A stretch of DNA of 64,000 nucleotides. Source: Fidelibacterota bacterium. Lineage in GTDB: Bacteria; Fidelibacterota; Marinisomatia; Marinisomatales; Marinisomataceae. Below the pieces are notes generated by a model that saw nothing but the letters and a program-made list of their open reading frames with translations, made no database searches and had not been told where the DNA came from. Shown here one piece after another: positions 60,929 to 64,000 of this stretch (position 1 is its first letter; every line of letters starts with the position of its first letter). A program made the translations under genes and the position numbers. The stretch is from contig OZ243041.1 of assembly GCA_965212055.1 (NCBI GenBank), forward strand, positions 905,551 through 969,550. Reading direction: 5' to 3'.

Positions 60929-62020
60929 ATGAAGTTAAATTGTGGATTTGTAGGTCTTCCTAATGTTGGAAAATCAACCTTGTTCAATGCTCTTAGCAAT
61001 AACAGCGTTGCTGCAGAAAACTATCCTTTCTGCACTATTGAGCCAAATGTTGGCATTGTAGAAATTCCAGATGAAAGAGTAAAAATTTTATCAAAAATTT
61101 TTACACCAAAAAAAACAACCTACAACACTGTTGAATTTATTGATATTGCAGGGTTGGTAAAAAATGCGCACCAAGGAGAGGGGCTGGGAAATCAGTTTTT
61201 ATCACAGATTAGGTCTGTAAAGGTTCTTATACAGGTTGTGCGTTTTTTTGAGGACAAAAATGTTGCGCACGTTGAAAACAAAATAAATCCGTTAGATGAT
61301 ATGGAAACTGTTAACACCGAACTGGTGCTTTCTGATATAAAAACCGTTGAAAACAACTTGGAAAAGAATGAAAAGCTAGTTAAAGCAAATGTGCCAGAAA
61401 GCAAGCTGACAAGAACTGTCTTAAACAACTTGTTGGAACACTTGAACGGGGGGAGGTTTTCAAGAGCTTTCCAAAGAAACAGCAAAGAAGATGTTGTTAT
61501 CAACAATTTGTTTCTTTTAACAGACAAGCCCATGGTTTGTGTAGCAAACGTTGGTGAAAACAACGCAGAAACAAATCAAACCCAAGAAGCAGAGGGCCTT
61601 GCAAAACAAAACTATTCTTCTTTTATAAGAATTAATGGAAAACTAGAATCACAAATAACAGATCTAAACCAAGAAGAAAAACAGCTAATGCTCAACGAGT
61701 ATGGCCTAAAAGAACCTGGGCTAAACAACCTTATTAAAGAGTCTTATAAAATTCTTGATCTTCAAACTTTTTTCACCTGCAACAAAGAAGAGGTAAAAGC
61801 TCGAACAATTGCTAAAGGAGCAACCGCTATACAGGCAGCAGAAGAAGTTCATACTGATTTTGCAAAAAAATTTATCAAAGCTGAAATATATACTTTTAAC
61901 GATGCTATAAAACACAAAAATAACATAAAAGATTTAAAAACATTGGGGTTGGTTAAAATTGTTGGTAAAGACTATATTATGCAAGAAGGAGATGTTGCAT
62001 ACTTTATTAAAGGACAGTAA
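60929..62020 (+). CDS. ychF: redox-regulated ATPase YchF
   Basis: GLPNVGKSTLFN, NYPFCTIEPN, DIAGLV, GEGLGN. Confidence 0.96.
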   Translation: MKLNCGFVGLPNVGKSTLFNALSNNSVAAENYPFCTIEPNVGIVEIPDERVKILSKIFTPKKTTYNTVEFIDIAGLVKNAHQGEGLGNQFLSQIRSVKVLIQVVRFFEDKNVAHVENKINPLDDMETVNTELVLSDIKTVENNLEKNEKLVKANVPESKLTRTVLNNLLEHLNGGRFSRAFQRNSKEDVVINNLFLLTDKPMVCVANVGENNAETNQTQEAEGLAKQNYSSFIRINGKLESQITDLNQEEKQLMLNEYGLKEPGLNNLIKESYKILDLQTFFTCNKEEVKARTIAKGATAIQAAEEVHTDFAKKFIKAEIYTFNDAIKHKNNIKDLKTLGLVKIVGKDYIMQEGDVAYFIKGQ

Positions 62021-62025
62021 TAGCC

Positions 62026-63039
62026 GTGGTTGATAAAAAATTTCATGTTAAAATTGGGGTAATAGGCGCAGGGCATCTTGGAAGGCATCATATCAAACAC
62101 CTTTCTTCTCATTCTTCTGTTAATTTTGTTGGTTTTTTTGATATAAACGAAAAAACTTCTAAAAAAATAAGTGAGGAATTTTCAGTTAAAAGCTTCAAAA
62201 ACGTTGAAGAGCTAATCAACTGTTCAGACGGGCTACACATTGTAACTCCAACCCCCCTACATTATGGAATTGCTATAGAGTGTCTTAAAAAAAATAAAGA
62301 CATTTTTATTGAAAAACCTATCGCTAGTACGATAAAAGAGGCGGAAGAAATAGTAGGTCTTTCTAAAAAAAATAAAAACATTGTTCAAATAGGACACGTT
62401 GAAAGATTTAACCCTACAATCAATCGGTTAAAAACAGTAATTAAAAATCCACATTTTATAGAGATTGAAAGGCTAGCTCCCTTCCAAAGCAGGGGAGCTG
62501 AGGTTCCTGTGGTCTTAGATTTAATGGTTCATGACATTGATTTGGTTTTGTCTATGGTTGATAGCAATATAAAACAAATTCAAGCAAGTGGAGCAAAAAT
62601 GATGGGAACAAAAATAGACGTTGCTCATGCAAGAATTGAATTCTCTAGCGGGGTTGTTGCAAACCTTAAGTCAAGCAGAATTGCACAGAACTATGTTAGA
62701 AAAATTAGAACATATGAAAAAAATCTTTATACTATTACAGACTTAATGATTCCACAAATTGAAACCTATAACATTGGCCCTTCTTCTAGCCTGTCTTCAG
62801 CCGGTACCCTTGGAACGACGGCAAGCCCAACCGAAACAGGGGTTGAAACAGCAGATGGAATAAAAAAAATATATTATGATAAAATTGTACCAGAAAAAAA
62901 AGACGCTTTATTAGAAGAAATAAATAATTTTATTGATTGCATTAATACAAGGGGCGTGCCTGTTGTAGATGGCACAAAAGGCTTAAGAGCCTTAGAGATT
63001 GCCTTGGAAATTGAAGAAAAAATTACTAAAAATGGTTAA
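62026..63039 (+). CDS. Gfo/Idh/MocA oxidoreductase (GnnA-like)
   Basis: GAGHLG, EKP, GHVERFNP, VVLDLMVHD; directly upstream of lpxB. Confidence 0.8.
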   Translation: MVDKKFHVKIGVIGAGHLGRHHIKHLSSHSSVNFVGFFDINEKTSKKISEEFSVKSFKNVEELINCSDGLHIVTPTPLHYGIAIECLKKNKDIFIEKPIASTIKEAEEIVGLSKKNKNIVQIGHVERFNPTINRLKTVIKNPHFIEIERLAPFQSRGAEVPVVLDLMVHDIDLVLSMVDSNIKQIQASGAKMMGTKIDVAHARIEFSSGVVANLKSSRIAQNYVRKIRTYEKNLYTITDLMIPQIETYNIGPSSSLSSAGTLGTTASPTETGVETADGIKKIYYDKIVPEKKDALLEEINNFIDCINTRGVPVVDGTKGLRALEIALEIEEKITKNG

Positions 63040-64000
63040 CAACAAAATAGTTATTATTGCCGGTGAAGACTCGGGGGATTTGCATGGATCAAAACTGATT
63101 GCACAGATGAAAAACATTAGTCCAAACCTTTCTTTTTATGGAATCGGTGGCGACAAAATGATTAAGGCTGGGCTTAATAAAATTGAACATATTAAAAACC
63201 TAAACGTGATTGGCCTGTTTGAGGTGCTAAAACATTATCCTAGAATAAAAAAGATATTTAATAAAACAGTAAGATTTATCAACAAGCTTGAGCCCGACAA
63301 AGTAATACTAATTGATTATCCAGGGTTCAATATTCGACTTGCAAAAAAAATGAAAAAACTAGGGATTCCTGTTTCTTATTTTATTCTACCTCAAGTTTGG
63401 GCCTGGAACAGCTCTAGGGCAAAAGATTTACAAAAAACCTGTGAACAGTTGGTTAGCATTATTCCTTTTGAAAAAAAATGGTTTAGCGATCGAAAAATTG
63501 ACGTTCATTTTGTTGGTCATCCGCTTATATCTATTCTAAAACAAGAATTTGATTCTAATTTTCTACACAAAAGATATAATATTAATAGAGATAAAAAGAT
63601 TGTTGCTTTATTGCCGGGGAGCAGAATGTCGGAGGTAAAAAAACATTGGCCTATTTTTTTGAAAACAATTAATGCTTTTAATGCCTCTTCAAAAAACAGA
63701 ATACAACCTGTTCTTGTTCAAGCACCAAACATTAAAATTAAAAACATACCAGAGGGTTTAATAGTCGTTAATAAAAACCACTATGAAGCACTGTCGTGTG
63801 CGGATGCAGCAATTGTCTGTTCAGGAACGGCCACTCTCGAAACCGCACTATTAAATTGTCCAATGGTAGTTTGTTACAAGATGTCTTCTTTAACTTGGTT
63901 TTTTGCAAAAAAAATGTCTTTAGTAAAGCATTTGTCTTTAGTAAATCTAATTACAGAAAAAGCGGCTGTAAAAGAATTGTTACAAAAAAACATGACGGCA
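63032..64000 (+). CDS. lpxB: lipid A disaccharide synthase (partial, runs off the window)
   Basis: Manual translation: MVNNKIVIIAGEDSGDLHG, IDYPGFN, PQVWAW, FVGHP, LLPGSR, SGTATLE. Confidence 0.95.
   Translation, partial: MVNNKIVIIAGEDSGDLHGSKLIAQMKNISPNLSFYGIGGDKMIKAGLNKIEHIKNLNVIGLFEVLKHYPRIKKIFNKTVRFINKLEPDKVILIDYPGFNIRLAKKMKKLGIPVSYFILPQVWAWNSSRAKDLQKTCEQLVSIIPFEKKWFSDRKIDVHFVGHPLISILKQEFDSNFLHKRYNINRDKKIVALLPGSRMSEVKKHWPIFLKTINAFNASSKNRIQPVLVQAPNIKIKNIPEGLIVVNKNHYEALSCADAAIVCSGTATLETALLNCPMVVCYKMSSLTWFFAKKMSLVKHLSLVNLITEKAAVKELLQKNMTA

Noticed and set aside
540..61915. Numerous 60-190 aa ORFs antisense or out of frame within recognised genes (e.g. 7826-8206, 42655-43107, 50393-50971)
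   Set aside because: Shadow ORFs of well-supported genes with no recognisable motifs.

Overview
AT-rich, very gene-dense bacterial chromosomal segment with most genes on the minus strand and very short or overlapping intergenic gaps. Gene content (FCB-type LpxC and QueA, a TonB-dependent receptor, glutamine synthetase II, a K+-dependent membrane pyrophosphatase) suggests a streamlined marine FCB-related lineage such as Ca. Marinimicrobia (SAR406); this is inference, not a database result. Bases 1-16.6 kb are a surface-polysaccharide island: L-QuiNAc-type pathway, GT2 and GT4 glycosyltransferases, a Wzy-like polymerase, RmlB, a short Ugd and a DegT aminotransferase. The island contains an unusual core: Pol-beta-fold nucleotidyltransferase, CofD/YvcK-family protein, DxS-type HAD, NTP transferase and alkaline-phosphatase-fold protein. 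This is the best candidate for an undescribed system, probably phospho-substituent installation on the glycan. The remainder is mostly core genes: dnaG, nfeD-floA, uppS-bamA-skp-lpxD-lpxC-fabZ-lpxA-dxr-rseP, mutY, glnII, uvrA-ruvB-queA-ispDFE-tRNA-Gln-prs-rplY-pth-hppA-rpsF-rpsR-rplI, and ychF-gnnA-like-lpxB. Other oddities: two genes that appear to need ATT start codons, a motif-degenerate DNA methyltransferase in the dnaG operon, a primase lacking zinc ligands, RseP with an extra C-terminal domain, a phage-replication-like orphan and an uncalled 39-aa cationic ORF. No CRISPR array, rRNA, integrase or transposase was seen.
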